Below, piece after piece: positions 47,869 to 58,084 of a stretch of DNA of 64,000 bases. The notes beneath the pieces are model-generated. The model was not told the DNA's origin. It made no database searches and saw only the letters and a list, made by a program, of their open reading frames with translations. Position numbers and translations under genes: made by a program. Position 1 is the first letter of the stretch; each line of letters begins with the position of its first letter. Location of the stretch: assembly GCA_963783305.1 (NCBI GenBank), contig CAWAMW010000015.1, positions 320,001-384,000 of the forward strand. Reading direction: 5' to 3'. The DNA is from an uncultured Gemmatimonadales bacterium (GTDB lineage Bacteria > Gemmatimonadota > Gemmatimonadetes > Longimicrobiales > RSA9).

Positions 47869-49191
47869 ATGGGTCGGACACGAACACTGATTCTCGGCGC
47901 CGCCGGGCGCGATTTCCATAATTTCAACGTCGTCTACCGCGGCGATCCCAATGTGGAGGTGGTGGGCTTCACCGCCGAGCAGATCCCGGGGATCGAGGGG
48001 CGGCTCTATCCGCCGGAGCTGGCGGGGGAGCACTACCCCGAGGGCATCCAGATCTACCCGGAGAGCCAGCTGGAGTCGCTCATCGACGAGCTCCAGGTGG
48101 AGCGCTGCATCATGGCCTACTCCGACGTGTCGTACGCGTACGTCATGGGTCTGGCGGCGCGGGTGAACGCGGCGGGAGTGGAGTTCGCGATGATGGGCGC
48201 GCGTCAGACGATGGTGAAGTCGTCGAAGCCGGTGGTGGCGGTGTGCGCATCCCGCACGGGCGCGGGGAAGAGCCAGACGAGCCGGGCGGTGGTCCGGACG
48301 CTGACGGAGGCCGGCAAGAAGGTGGCCGTGATCCGTCACCCAATGCCGTACGGCGACCTGGCGGCGCAGCGGGTGCAGCGGTTCGAGACGCCCGACGACC
48401 TGGTGAAGCACAAGGTCACGATCGAGGAGCGCGAGGAGTACGAGCCACACCTGGCGGCGGGAAGCGTCGTGTTCGCCGGCGTGGACTACGAGGCGATCCT
48501 GCGGGAGGCCGAGAAGGAAGCCGACGTCATCCTGTGGGACGGCGGGAACAACGATTTCGCGTTCTACCAGCCGGACGTCTACATCACCGTGGTCGACCCG
48601 CACCGCGCGGGTCACGAGCTGAGCTACTACCCGGGCGAGATCAACGTGCGGCTCGCCGACGCGATCCTGGTCAACAAGGTGGACACCGCAGACATCGCCG
48701 ACATCTTCCAGGTCGAGGAGAACGTGCGGTCGGTGAACCCCGACGCGGTGCTGCTCGAGGGCGCCTCGCCGCTCTTCATCGACGACCCGGACGTGCTGCG
48801 GGGGAAGCGCGTGCTGTGCGTCGAGGACGGTCCGACGCTCACCCACGGGGGCATGAAGTACGGCGCGGCGGTGATCGGCGCGCGGAAGGCCGGCGCGGCG
48901 GAGATCGTGGACGCGCGGGAGTTCGCGGTGGGCGAGATCGCCGGCACGTTCGAGCGCTACCCGAATATCGGGGCGCTGCTCCCGGCCATGGGCTATGGCG
49001 ACCAGCAGGTGAAGGACCTGGAAGCGACGCTGCGGAAGGCCGCGGAGGGCGGTGTGGAGGCCATCGCCATCGGGACGCCCATCGACCTGGCGCGCCTCAT
49101 CGATCTGCCGCTCCCCGCCACCCGGATCCGCTACGAGCTGCAGGTGCTGGGGACGCCCACGCTGAAGGACGTGCTGGCACCCGTGCTGTAG
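47869..49191 (+). CDS. COG2403 P-loop protein (cyclic 2,3-diphosphoglycerate synthase-like; likely arginine synthetase family)
   Basis: GAAGRDFHNFN, RTGAGKSQTSR, RHPMPYGDL, EEREEYEPH, WDGGNND, VEDGPTLTHGGM. Confidence 0.8.
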   Translation: MGRTRTLILGAAGRDFHNFNVVYRGDPNVEVVGFTAEQIPGIEGRLYPPELAGEHYPEGIQIYPESQLESLIDELQVERCIMAYSDVSYAYVMGLAARVNAAGVEFAMMGARQTMVKSSKPVVAVCASRTGAGKSQTSRAVVRTLTEAGKKVAVIRHPMPYGDLAAQRVQRFETPDDLVKHKVTIEEREEYEPHLAAGSVVFAGVDYEAILREAEKEADVILWDGGNNDFAFYQPDVYITVVDPHRAGHELSYYPGEINVRLADAILVNKVDTADIADIFQVEENVRSVNPDAVLLEGASPLFIDDPDVLRGKRVLCVEDGPTLTHGGMKYGAAVIGARKAGAAEIVDAREFAVGEIAGTFERYPNIGALLPAMGYGDQQVKDLEATLRKAAEGGVEAIAIGTPIDLARLIDLPLPATRIRYELQVLGTPTLKDVLAPVL

Positions 49192-49272
49192 CACCCCGTA
49201 TAGTGATGGCATCTACACCCCGGGGCCCGTAGATTTACGGGCCCCGGACACGTACACGAACGGAGAATGCCC

Positions 49273-49782
49273 ATGCGCTGGATCCCGGCTGGACTCGCCA
49301 TGCTGCTGGTCGTCGCCGCCTGCGACGTGCAGGAAGAGAACCCGCCGGCCACCCAGGCCGAGGTGGTCGACCAGGCCGACCGCGCCTACGACCCCGCGGC
49401 CTATGACACGGTCCGCTGGGCGAGCGAGCAGGCCGCCATAGACCGCGGCCGCGACATCTTCAAGTGGGCGTGCGCGGACTGCCACGGCCCCGAGGCCCGG
49501 GGCGATGGCGGGCGCGTGATCGACGGGGACACCATCCGGCCCCCGTCCTTCCACCAGGACGACTGGAAGTACGCCAACGACCCGGACGCGCTCCACCGGA
49601 AGGTCTTCGTGGGCAACAGCCTGGGCATGCCCCACTGGGGGCTCCGCCAGATGCGGCCCCGGGACATCGTGGCCGTCGAGCGCTACATCCGCCACGAGCT
49701 GATCGTGGACGACGGCGCGGCCGGCGCGGACAGCGCGGCCACGGCGGACACCGCGGCAATGGCGGACAGCGCGGCCGGCTGA
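49273..49782 (+). CDS. Monoheme cytochrome c lipoprotein
   Basis: Lipobox VAAC, CADCH heme motif, distal Met in GMPHW. Confidence 0.85.
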   Translation: MRWIPAGLAMLLVVAACDVQEENPPATQAEVVDQADRAYDPAAYDTVRWASEQAAIDRGRDIFKWACADCHGPEARGDGGRVIDGDTIRPPSFHQDDWKYANDPDALHRKVFVGNSLGMPHWGLRQMRPRDIVAVERYIRHELIVDDGAAGADSAATADTAAMADSAAG

Positions 49783-49845
49783 TCCCTCGTCGGCGGCGGC
49801 GGGTGGGGCAGCGCCCGCCGCTCCTGGAATACCGCCGGGCCGGCG

Positions 49846-51225
49846 CTACTCGTGGTCCGCGTGGACCTGCGCCTTCTTCCGGCGCAGCTCGCCCTCCTTG
49901 GTCCAGTCCTCGATGCGCAGGTAGCTGCGCATGAGGTGGCCGAGGGCGCTCCGGATGGGCTCCGGCGGCCAAGGGATCACGGTCCGGTTGACGAACGGAC
50001 TCTCGGTCAGGTCCGTCTCCTTCTCGAGGATCAGGTCCCGGATGGTCTGGGCGTTCAGGTGCGTCATGGAAACGCCGTGTCCAATGCACCCGAGGCTGTA
50101 GACCGCCTGCTCATTGCCCACGTAGCCGATGGCCGGGTTCAGGTCGAGCGTGACCGAGAAGGGGCCGCCCCACCGGTGGGTGAACTTCACGTCTCGCAGG
50201 TGCGGGAAAGTGACCCGGAGGTGCTCCGCCTGCTCCTGCCACGCGTGCTCGGACCGGTCGTGGTCCAGGTCGTTCGCCCAGCTGAACCCTACCGGCCCGG
50301 CGCCAATAGCGATGCGGTTGTCCGAGGTCAGGCGGTAGAAGTGGATGAGGTTGCGGGCATCCTCCACCCCTTCCCTCCCCTTCCAGCCGATGGGCTCGAG
50401 CTGCTCCTCCGTGAGCGGCTCCGTGGCCTGCATGTAGGTGAACGCCGGCACCTGCTTCCGCTTGAGCGATGGGAACAGATGCGAGTAGGCGTTCGTCGCG
50501 AATACGACCTTCTCCGCCGTCACGGTTCCGCCCGGCGTCTCCAGCCGCAGCGGCTTGCCTTCCTGACGCCGGACCTTCGTGACGGGCGAGTTCTCGTACA
50601 CCCGCGCCCCCACCCGCTCCGCCAGCTCCCGCTCCGCCCGCACCAGCTTGAGCGGATGGATGAGCACCAGCCGCGGCTCCCACATGGCGCCCATATGGAG
50701 CGGTGAGTTCACCCGCTCCCGGACGTCCTCCCCCTCCAGGTAGTGGATGTCGTCGAAGCCGAGCGAGTTCATGAGCTCGACCTCCTTCCGGATCTTCTTC
50801 TGGTACCCGCTCGTCGTGGCGACCCGGAGGAACCCCGGTCGGATGGCGTCCGCGTCCAGCTCCTCGCGCTGGATCAGCTCCCAGAGCGTGTCCACCGCCC
50901 GCTCCATGTACCGGTGCGCCCGCGCCAGGTAGTCCTTGCCCTTGATCAGGGCCGTAGCGGAGAACCCGAGCCCCACCACGGTCATCCCGAAGGACCCGTT
51001 CCGACCGCTGGACCCGTAGCCGATCTCCCGCGCCTCCAGCACCGCCACCTCCAGACCGGGATCGGCGCGCTTCAGCTCGTAGGCCGTGGTCAGCCCCGTA
51101 AAGCCGCCCCCGATGATCGCCACGTCCACCGTGCGGTCCTCGGTGAGGGACGGGCCGGGGGTGTAGGGACCGTACGTCTCCTGCCACATGGAGTCGGGCG
51201 GGTCCGGAAACGACATGGACATCAT
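49846..51225 (-). CDS. FAD-dependent oxidoreductase (DAO family, PuuB-like)
   Basis: [29 protein letters not shown]. Confidence 0.88.
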   Translation of the reverse strand: MMSMSFPDPPDSMWQETYGPYTPGPSLTEDRTVDVAIIGGGFTGLTTAYELKRADPGLEVAVLEAREIGYGSSGRNGSFGMTVVGLGFSATALIKGKDYLARAHRYMERAVDTLWELIQREELDADAIRPGFLRVATTSGYQKKIRKEVELMNSLGFDDIHYLEGEDVRERVNSPLHMGAMWEPRLVLIHPLKLVRAERELAERVGARVYENSPVTKVRRQEGKPLRLETPGGTVTAEKVVFATNAYSHLFPSLKRKQVPAFTYMQATEPLTEEQLEPIGWKGREGVEDARNLIHFYRLTSDNRIAIGAGPVGFSWANDLDHDRSEHAWQEQAEHLRVTFPHLRDVKFTHRWGGPFSVTLDLNPAIGYVGNEQAVYSLGCIGHGVSMTHLNAQTIRDLILEKETDLTESPFVNRTVIPWPPEPIRSALGHLMRSYLRIEDWTKEGELRRKKAQVHADHE

Positions 51226-51301
51226 GGTCTCCTGGCTGGGTTGAGGGCGTCGGGCGAGGCGGGACCATCATGCGATGGGACAGCCCCGCGGACAAGTCGA
51301 A

Positions 51302-51420
51302 GTCGATAGCGAGGGCGAAGCCCGACGCTCGAGAGTCCAATAGCGAGGGCGAAGCCCGACGCGTTCGATAGCGAGCAGAGCGAGCGTTCGACAGGCCGCG
51401 CAGCGGCCGTTCGCCTCTAC
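51302..51420 (-). repeat. REP-like extragenic palindromic element
   Basis: Reverse complement of 45496-45604 with few mismatches; internal duplication of ATAGCGAGGGCGAAGCCCGACGC. Confidence 0.75.
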
Positions 51421-53042
51421 CCCGCCGCGATCGCCTCCAGAAACACCGCCCCATACCGCTCTAGCTTCTTCGGCCCCACGCCAGAGATGTCGAGGAGCTC
51501 CGCGGCGGTCGTGGGGCGCTGGTCGCACATGGCGCGGAGTACGCGGTCGTTGAAGACGATGTAGGCGGGGACGCCGCGCTCGTCCGCGAGCTCCTTGCGC
51601 AGGGCCCGGAGCCGGTCGAAGAGGGGGTCTGCATCCGGATCGAAGGCCGGGGGCGGGGCGTCGTCCCAGGTGGCGGCGCCGGAGTCGAGGCCGTGGTCCT
51701 CGGGGGTGGAGCGGGCGGCGAAGGAGGACCGGCCGGCGGAGGAGGCGCGGCGCGCGGTGCGCCCGGAGCGCCCGGATCGGATCCCGGCGCGCAGCATGGC
51801 GTCGGCGGCCATGTCCGCGACGGTCACGCCGCGGCAGATGTCGCAGGCATCGCCGCACGGGTCGATGGCCTCATCGAAGTAGCCGACGATGGCCTGGTGC
51901 CGACAGCTCGCGGCCTCGACCATCCGGTAGAGGTCTGCGATGGAGCGGCGCTTCAGCTCCCGCATGGTCTCGTCCTCAATGTCGCTCAGGAACCGCTCCT
52001 GCAGCTTCACGTCGGCCCAGGAGTAAAAGAGGAAGCAGTCGGAGTCGAGGCCATCGCGGCCGGCGCGGCCGATCTCCTGGTACCAGCTCTCCACGTCCTT
52101 GGGCATGTCCTGGTGGATCACGAACCGGACATTGGATTTGTCGATTCCCATCCCGAAAGCGATCGTGGCGACGATCACTTCCACCTCGTCTTTCTGGAAC
52201 GCCTCCTGGTTCGACGCCCGCTCGTCGTCACTCATCCCGGCGTGGTACGGCAGCGCGGCGATCCCGTGCTTCGACAGGTGCGCGGCGGTGCGCTCCACGC
52301 TCTTCCGCGACAGGCAGTAGACGATCCCCGCCTGCCCCGCCCGCTCCCGCACGAGCGCCAGGATCTCCTTCTTGGTGTTGCCGCCCTGGCCCTTCTTCCG
52401 CGCGTGGATGTGCAGGTTCCGCCGGAAGAACGACCCCTTGAACCCCTTCGGCTTCCGCATCCCCAGCTGGACCAGGATGTCCCGGGCCACCTGGCGGGTG
52501 GCCGTGGCCGTGAGGGCGAGCGCCGGTACGCCGAGCTCCTGGTTGATGCCCTGGAGCCGCCGGTAGCTCGGCCGGAAGTCGTGGCCCCACTGGCTGATGC
52601 AGTGCGCCTCGTCCACCACGAGGAGCGACAGCGGCCACGTCCGGAGCGCCCCGCGGAGCGACCCGTCCAGCGCCTCCGGGGCCATGTAGACGACCTCGTA
52701 CTCGCCCCTACGGATCCCGTCCATGCACGCCATCCGCTCCTCCCACCCCATGCTGGAGTTGAGCGCGGTGGCGCGGAACCCGAGCTCCGTCAGCGCGTCC
52801 ACCTGGTCCTTCATCAGGCTGATGAGGGGCGAGATGACCAGCACGGTGCCCGGCAGGAGCCGGGCGGGCAGCTGGAACGTCAGCGACTTCCCCGCCCCCG
52901 TGGGCATCACGGCGATGCAGTCGTGCCCCTCCAGCACCGCCTCGATCACGGTCTCCTGGCCGGGGCGGAAGGTGTCGTAGCCGAAGACGTCCCGGAGGAC
53001 CTCGTACGCCTCGGGTCGCGCTGTGATGACGGTCTGGATCAT
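51417..53042 (-). CDS. recQ: RecQ family ATP-dependent DNA helicase with HRDC domain
   Basis: [45 protein letters not shown], zinc-binding Cys, HRDC; the winged-helix region appears absent. Confidence 0.92.
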   Translation of the reverse strand: MIQTVITARPEAYEVLRDVFGYDTFRPGQETVIEAVLEGHDCIAVMPTGAGKSLTFQLPARLLPGTVLVISPLISLMKDQVDALTELGFRATALNSSMGWEERMACMDGIRRGEYEVVYMAPEALDGSLRGALRTWPLSLLVVDEAHCISQWGHDFRPSYRRLQGINQELGVPALALTATATRQVARDILVQLGMRKPKGFKGSFFRRNLHIHARKKGQGGNTKKEILALVRERAGQAGIVYCLSRKSVERTAAHLSKHGIAALPYHAGMSDDERASNQEAFQKDEVEVIVATIAFGMGIDKSNVRFVIHQDMPKDVESWYQEIGRAGRDGLDSDCFLFYSWADVKLQERFLSDIEDETMRELKRRSIADLYRMVEAASCRHQAIVGYFDEAIDPCGDACDICRGVTVADMAADAMLRAGIRSGRSGRTARRASSAGRSSFAARSTPEDHGLDSGAATWDDAPPPAFDPDADPLFDRLRALRKELADERGVPAYIVFNDRVLRAMCDQRPTTAAELLDISGVGPKKLERYGAVFLEAIAAG

Positions 53043-53206
53043 GGACACAAACGGTAAGACATCGAACGGGGCACGAACATAACGGAACGGGACGGATGGT
53101 GCCGCTCTCCGGCTGTGCGCGCCCCGGCCGTGTGGCCACCGGCGCACCCCCCGGGCTACCTTCCCCGGCGGTTCCACACCCCCATCCCCCACACCCCCAT
53201 CCTGCC

Positions 53207-54334
53207 ATGACAGATCGCACATCCCGCCGTGAGTTCCTGCAGACCGCCGCCGTCACCGTGGGCGCGGCCGCCGTGGGCTCGGCCGCCCTGCCGCGCGCGC
53301 TCGATGGAGCACCGTACATCCGGCGGTCTGCCACACGGCCGGCCGCCATCTCGAGCAGCAACGGCCTCACCGCGGTCCGGCACGCGGTGGAAACGCTGGA
53401 GCAGGGGGGCGACACGCTCGAGGCGGTGATCGAGGGCGTCAACATCGTGGAGCTGGACCCGGAGGACATGAGCGTCGGATACGGCGGCCTCCCGAACGAG
53501 GACGGCGTGGTCCAGCTGGACTCGTCGGTGATGCACGGTCCGTCCCGGGGCGCGGGCGCGGTGGGGGCGCTGGAGGGGGTGAAGACACCGTCCAGGGTGG
53601 CGGTGGCCATCATGCGTCACACCGACCATGTCATGCTCGTGGGCGCGGGGGCGCAGGCGTTCGCGCGCCGGATGGGCTTCGAGATCCACGAATCGCTGCT
53701 GACGCCCGCGTCGCGCGAGCGGTGGCTCCGCTGGAAGGCCGGCCTCTCCGAGCGGGACGACTGGCTGGCCCCCGGCGAGACGGGGCTCGGCGAGTCGGAG
53801 TTCCTCCGCGACCTGACGAGCGACGGCGCGCCGGCCGCTCGCGGCGCCATGCTCGATTCCCACGACGGAGTGCGGCCGTGGGGGACCATCAACTGCAGCG
53901 CAGTGGACCGGAACGGCGACCTGTCGGGCGTCACCACAACCAGCGGGCTGGCGTGGAAGATCCCCGGTCGGGTGGGCGACTCCCCGATCATAGGCGCCGG
54001 GCTCTACGTCGACAACGACGTTGGCGCGGCCGGCTCCACCGGGCGCGGTGAGGCCGTGATCAAGACGGTGGGCAGCCACACCGTCGTCGAGATGATGCGT
54101 CAGGGCATGAGTCCCACCGACGCCGCCCTGGAGGCGCTCCGGCGGATCGTCCGCTGGAGCGAGGCCCAGCCGCGCCTCCTACGCGATGACGGCCGCCCGG
54201 CCTTCAACGCCAACTACTACGCGCTGAACCGGACCGGCGAGTACGGCGCGGCCGCCCTCTGGCCGTCCGACTTCGCCGTGGCCACACCGGCCGGGGCCGA
54301 GGTCCGCGACTCCGCGCACCTCTTCGAGGAGTAG
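53207..54334 (+). CDS. N(4)-(beta-N-acetylglucosaminyl)-L-asparaginase family Ntn hydrolase, Tat-exported
   Basis: SRREFL Tat motif, [12 protein letters not shown] nucleophile, [12 protein letters not shown]. Confidence 0.9.
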   Translation: MTDRTSRREFLQTAAVTVGAAAVGSAALPRALDGAPYIRRSATRPAAISSSNGLTAVRHAVETLEQGGDTLEAVIEGVNIVELDPEDMSVGYGGLPNEDGVVQLDSSVMHGPSRGAGAVGALEGVKTPSRVAVAIMRHTDHVMLVGAGAQAFARRMGFEIHESLLTPASRERWLRWKAGLSERDDWLAPGETGLGESEFLRDLTSDGAPAARGAMLDSHDGVRPWGTINCSAVDRNGDLSGVTTTSGLAWKIPGRVGDSPIIGAGLYVDNDVGAAGSTGRGEAVIKTVGSHTVVEMMRQGMSPTDAALEALRRIVRWSEAQPRLLRDDGRPAFNANYYALNRTGEYGAAALWPSDFAVATPAGAEVRDSAHLFEE

Positions 54335-54413
54335 GCGGAGGGCTCATTGGCGCGGCGCCCTTGGGAAATTCGGGTCCCCCTGCGGGCCGAAAGCGCCGCC
54401 GCCAATCGACCGG

Positions 54414-54567
54414 ACGCCGCCTGGCGGATACGCGTCGGTATGCGGGGCGAAATCGCCACCCGTCGACGAAGCGTACGCCGCCTGGCGGATACGCGTCGGT
54501 ATGCGGGGCGAAATCGCCACCCGTCGACGAAGCGGACGCCCCTGACGGATACGCGTCGGTATGCGGG
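54414..54567. repeat. Intergenic tandem repeat, about 2.5 units of 60-61 bp
   Basis: Core CGGATACGCGTCGGTATGCGGG at about 54425, 54486 and 54546, between convergent genes. Confidence 0.9.
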
Positions 54568-54596
54568 TCGATCTCGCGCCGGCGCGGCGGCCGGCG

Positions 54597-56150
54597 CTAC
54601 GCCACGTAGCCCCGCGCCAGCTCACGGAACGCCGTCACCTGCTCGTCGCGCCACGCCTCGTCCCGGCCCAACTCCGCGGCCATGAGCGCGGCCACGCGCG
54701 GCGCCAGCTCCATGGCCGCGCGGGCGTCCAGCAGCAGGATCCGCATCCGGCGCGACAGCACGTCCTCCACCGTCCGCGCCATCTCCATCCGCGTCGCCCA
54801 CACCACCTCGCCCACCCGGTGCGGGAAGGACGGGTGCAGCGGCTCGCCCCAGGACGGGTCCTCCCGGAACAGCTCCCGCATCGCTGGCGCGTCCGAGCCG
54901 TAATGCTCCAGTTCGCCGAACCGCTCCGCCTGCGCATGGTGCCCATGGATGTGCAGCTTCTTCGTCACGCACGGCCTGTCCTCCAGCTCGGCCAACGTCG
55001 CCGCCTGGTCCACCACGTCCTCGGCCATCTTCCGGTACGTCGTCCACTTCCCACCGGCGATGGTGATCAGCCCCGAATCACTGATCAGCAGCGTGTGGTC
55101 CCGCGACAACGATGCCGTATCGGCCTCCCCCTCCGACCCCACCAGCGGACGCAGACCCGCGAAAACGCTCAGCACGTCCTCCCGCTTCGGGTCCCGCTCC
55201 AGGTACCGGCCCGCGTGCTCCAGCAGGAACGCGATCTCCTCCTCCAGCGGCACCGGCTCCAGCAGCGCCTCGTCCATCGGCGTGTCCGTCGTCCCCACCA
55301 CCACCCGGTCCAGCCACGGGATGGCGAACAGCACGCGTCCGTCATCGGTTTTCGGCACCATGATGGCGCTCTCGCCGGGCAAGAACTCCCTGGGGAGCAC
55401 GAGGTGCACACCCTGGCTGGGGCGGATGATCGGCCCGACACCCGGCCGGTCCAACCGACGCAGCTCGTCCGCCCACGGGCCGGTGGCGTTCACCACCGCG
55501 CGCGCCGAAAGCTCGTAGCTCGCGCCGGTCTCCCGGTCGGTGGCGACCACGCCGGTCACCTCACCGTCGTCGTGGAGCAGCCCCGTCACGCGCGCGTAGT
55601 TGAGGAGGATGCCGCCCTGGGCGGCGGCGGTACGGGCGAGGGCGACGGCGAGGCGGGCGTCGTCGAACTGGCCGTCGTAGTAGATGACGCCGCCGGTCAG
55701 TCCCTCGGGCTCCAGGGTCGGGAGGAGCTGGAGCGTGCGGTCGCGGGAGAGGACGCGGGATCGGCCGAACCCCTGCTTGCCGGCCAGAAGGTCGTACATC
55801 TTGAGGCCGATGCCGTAGAACGGACCCTCCCACCACTCGTAGTTGGGCACCACGAAGGAGAGGTTCCGGACCAGGTGCGGGGCGTTGGCCCGGAGGTAGC
55901 CACGCTCCTTGAGCGCGTCGATCACGAGCGCCACGTTCCCCTGCTGGAGGTAGCGGACGCCGCCGTGCACCAGCTTGGTGCTCCGGCTCGACGTCCCCTG
56001 GGCGAAGTCGCCCTGCTCCAGGAGCAGTGTCTGGTACCCCCGCGACGCGGCGTCCACCGCTACACCCAGACCCGTGGCGCCGCCCCCCACTACGATGATG
56101 TCCCAGCGATCCTCGCCCGCGAGGGCGGCCATCATGGATTCACGTTTCAT
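54597..56150 (-). CDS. glpD: FAD-dependent glycerol-3-phosphate dehydrogenase
   Basis: GGGATG, GTSSRSTKLVHGGVRYL, GQFDDARL, GLRPL, GGKWTTYR. Confidence 0.93.
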   Translation of the reverse strand: MKRESMMAALAGEDRWDIIVVGGGATGLGVAVDAASRGYQTLLLEQGDFAQGTSSRSTKLVHGGVRYLQQGNVALVIDALKERGYLRANAPHLVRNLSFVVPNYEWWEGPFYGIGLKMYDLLAGKQGFGRSRVLSRDRTLQLLPTLEPEGLTGGVIYYDGQFDDARLAVALARTAAAQGGILLNYARVTGLLHDDGEVTGVVATDRETGASYELSARAVVNATGPWADELRRLDRPGVGPIIRPSQGVHLVLPREFLPGESAIMVPKTDDGRVLFAIPWLDRVVVGTTDTPMDEALLEPVPLEEEIAFLLEHAGRYLERDPKREDVLSVFAGLRPLVGSEGEADTASLSRDHTLLISDSGLITIAGGKWTTYRKMAEDVVDQAATLAELEDRPCVTKKLHIHGHHAQAERFGELEHYGSDAPAMRELFREDPSWGEPLHPSFPHRVGEVVWATRMEMARTVEDVLSRRMRILLLDARAAMELAPRVAALMAAELGRDEAWRDEQVTAFRELARGYVA

Positions 56151-56663
56151 GACGACATTCTGCGAAGGCCGCGCCCTTCGCGCCACGCGCGGCGGCTGCG
56201 GCGGGTCCCGTTCCGCACAGGGCTGCGGTCACGGTACGGGTGGGCGGCTTCGAGGCCGGGGCCCGCGTGGGCATCGGGATGGGGCGGCCGGAGTCGGAGC
56301 ACGATGGGGTCAGTCACGCCCCGGCGAACGAGTCTGGCGAGGTGGTGGAGATCCCCTCGGCGGGCTGACGGGCTTGCCCCGGCCGCCCTCCCGCCGCACG
56401 TTACGCCAACCGCCGGTGGGGGGACCCGCTGGCACCGATTCCCCGGTCGACTCGATACCGCATCATGCGACCAGGATCACACCGTGGCTCCCCGGCCGCG
56501 GTGGGAGCAGTGGGTGACGTGAGCCGGACCGGCCGTTCTGCGGCGGTCGCAGGTCGACTCGCGCCGGTCACACGCTTCCCCATGCCCGACTCACCATACT
56601 TCCGAATCCACTCCGATCCCCCTGTATCGGCCGACCGCGTTCGGCCGTGAAAGGCACGCTCCG

Positions 56664-58025
56664 ATGACGGATTACCTGTCGGGCCTCATGGCCGATGTGA
56701 AGGCCAAGGACCCCGCGCAGCCGGAATTCCACCAGGCGGTCCACGAGGTCGCCGAGTCCATACAGCTCGTGCTCGACCGGCACCCGGAGTATCGGGCGTC
56801 GAAGATCCTGGAGCGGATCATCGAGCCGGAGCGGGTGATCATGTTCCGGGTCCCCTGGCTGGACGACGAGGGGGAGCCGCAGGTGAACCGTGGGTTCCGG
56901 ATCGAGATGAACAGCGCCATCGGGCCGTACAAGGGCGGCCTGCGGTTCCACGCGTCGGTAAACCTCGGGATCCTGAAGTTCCTGGCGTTCGAGCAGGTGT
57001 TCAAGAACGCCCTCACCACGCTGCCCATGGGCGGCGGGAAGGGCGGGAGCGACTTCGACCCCAAGGGGAAGAGCGACAACGAGGTCATGCGGTTCTGTCA
57101 GAGCTTCATGACGGAGCTCTACCGCCACATCGGGCCGAACACCGATATCCCCGCGGGTGACATCGGCGTAGGGGGCCGCGAAGTCGGCTACCTGTTCGGC
57201 CAGTACAAGCGGATCGCGAACGAGTTCACCGGCGTCCTCACGGGCAAGGGCCTGAACTGGGGCGGGTCGCTGATCCGACCGGAGGCGACCGGCTACGGAG
57301 CGGTCTATTTCGCCATGAACATGCTCGGCACCCGCAACGATACGCTGGAAGGGAAGGTCTGCCTGGTGTCCGGGTCCGGGAACGTGGCGCAGTACACCGT
57401 GGAGAAGCTGCTGGACCTGGGCGCCAGAGTGGTGACCATGTCCGACTCCAACGGCTCCATCTTCGACCCCACCGGCTTCGACCGCGAGAAGCTCGAGTTC
57501 GTCATGGACCTGAAGAACAAGCGCCGCGGCCGGATCGAGGAGTACGCGGAGCGATTCCCGGACGGGGAGTACACGCCGACCGAGCAGGACCGCGACCACG
57601 ACCCGCTCTGGAACCACGCCGCCGACTGTGCGTTCCCGAGCGCAACGCAGAACGAGATCAATGCGCAGGACGCGGAGAACCTGCTGGCGAACGGGGTCTT
57701 CGTGGTGTCGGAGGGCGCCAACATGCCCACGGTGCCGGACGGCGTGCAGGCCTTCGTCGATGCCGGCATCCTGTACGGCCCCGGGAAGGCCGCCAACGCC
57801 GGCGGCGTGGCCGTGTCGGGTCTCGAGATGGCGCAGAACAGCATGCGCTACGCCTGGACACGCGATGAGGTGGACGGCCGGCTCCAGATGATCATGAAGG
57901 ACATCCACGACACCTGCCTGGAAGCCGCCGAGCGGTTCGGTGCGCCGGGCAATTACGTCCATGGGGCGAACATCGCCGGATTCCTCAAGGTGGCGGATGC
58001 CATGATCGATCAGGGGATGGTCTGA
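56664..58025 (+). CDS. gdhA: NADP-specific glutamate dehydrogenase
   Basis: EFHQAV, GPYKGGLRFH, MGGGKGG, PAGDIGVG, RPEATGYG, KAANAGGVA, GANIAGF. Confidence 0.95.
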   Translation: MTDYLSGLMADVKAKDPAQPEFHQAVHEVAESIQLVLDRHPEYRASKILERIIEPERVIMFRVPWLDDEGEPQVNRGFRIEMNSAIGPYKGGLRFHASVNLGILKFLAFEQVFKNALTTLPMGGGKGGSDFDPKGKSDNEVMRFCQSFMTELYRHIGPNTDIPAGDIGVGGREVGYLFGQYKRIANEFTGVLTGKGLNWGGSLIRPEATGYGAVYFAMNMLGTRNDTLEGKVCLVSGSGNVAQYTVEKLLDLGARVVTMSDSNGSIFDPTGFDREKLEFVMDLKNKRRGRIEEYAERFPDGEYTPTEQDRDHDPLWNHAADCAFPSATQNEINAQDAENLLANGVFVVSEGANMPTVPDGVQAFVDAGILYGPGKAANAGGVAVSGLEMAQNSMRYAWTRDEVDGRLQMIMKDIHDTCLEAAERFGAPGNYVHGANIAGFLKVADAMIDQGMV

Positions 58026-58084
58026 GTACTCGCTTCGAGCACGCGGAGTGGCACGGCAGCGGCGCCGGCGGCTTCCAGGAGCTG

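Noticed and set aside
53174..53202. 14-bp C-rich tandem duplication upstream of the asparaginase gene
   Set aside because: Only two units of low complexity; no supportable function.
54414..54567. Possible mini CRISPR array
   Set aside because: The intervening sequences are near-identical rather than unique spacers, and no cas genes are present.
56151..56663. Possible ncRNA or riboswitch in the glpD-gdhA gap
   Set aside because: No recognisable conserved RNA motif by eye; an Rfam scan would be needed.
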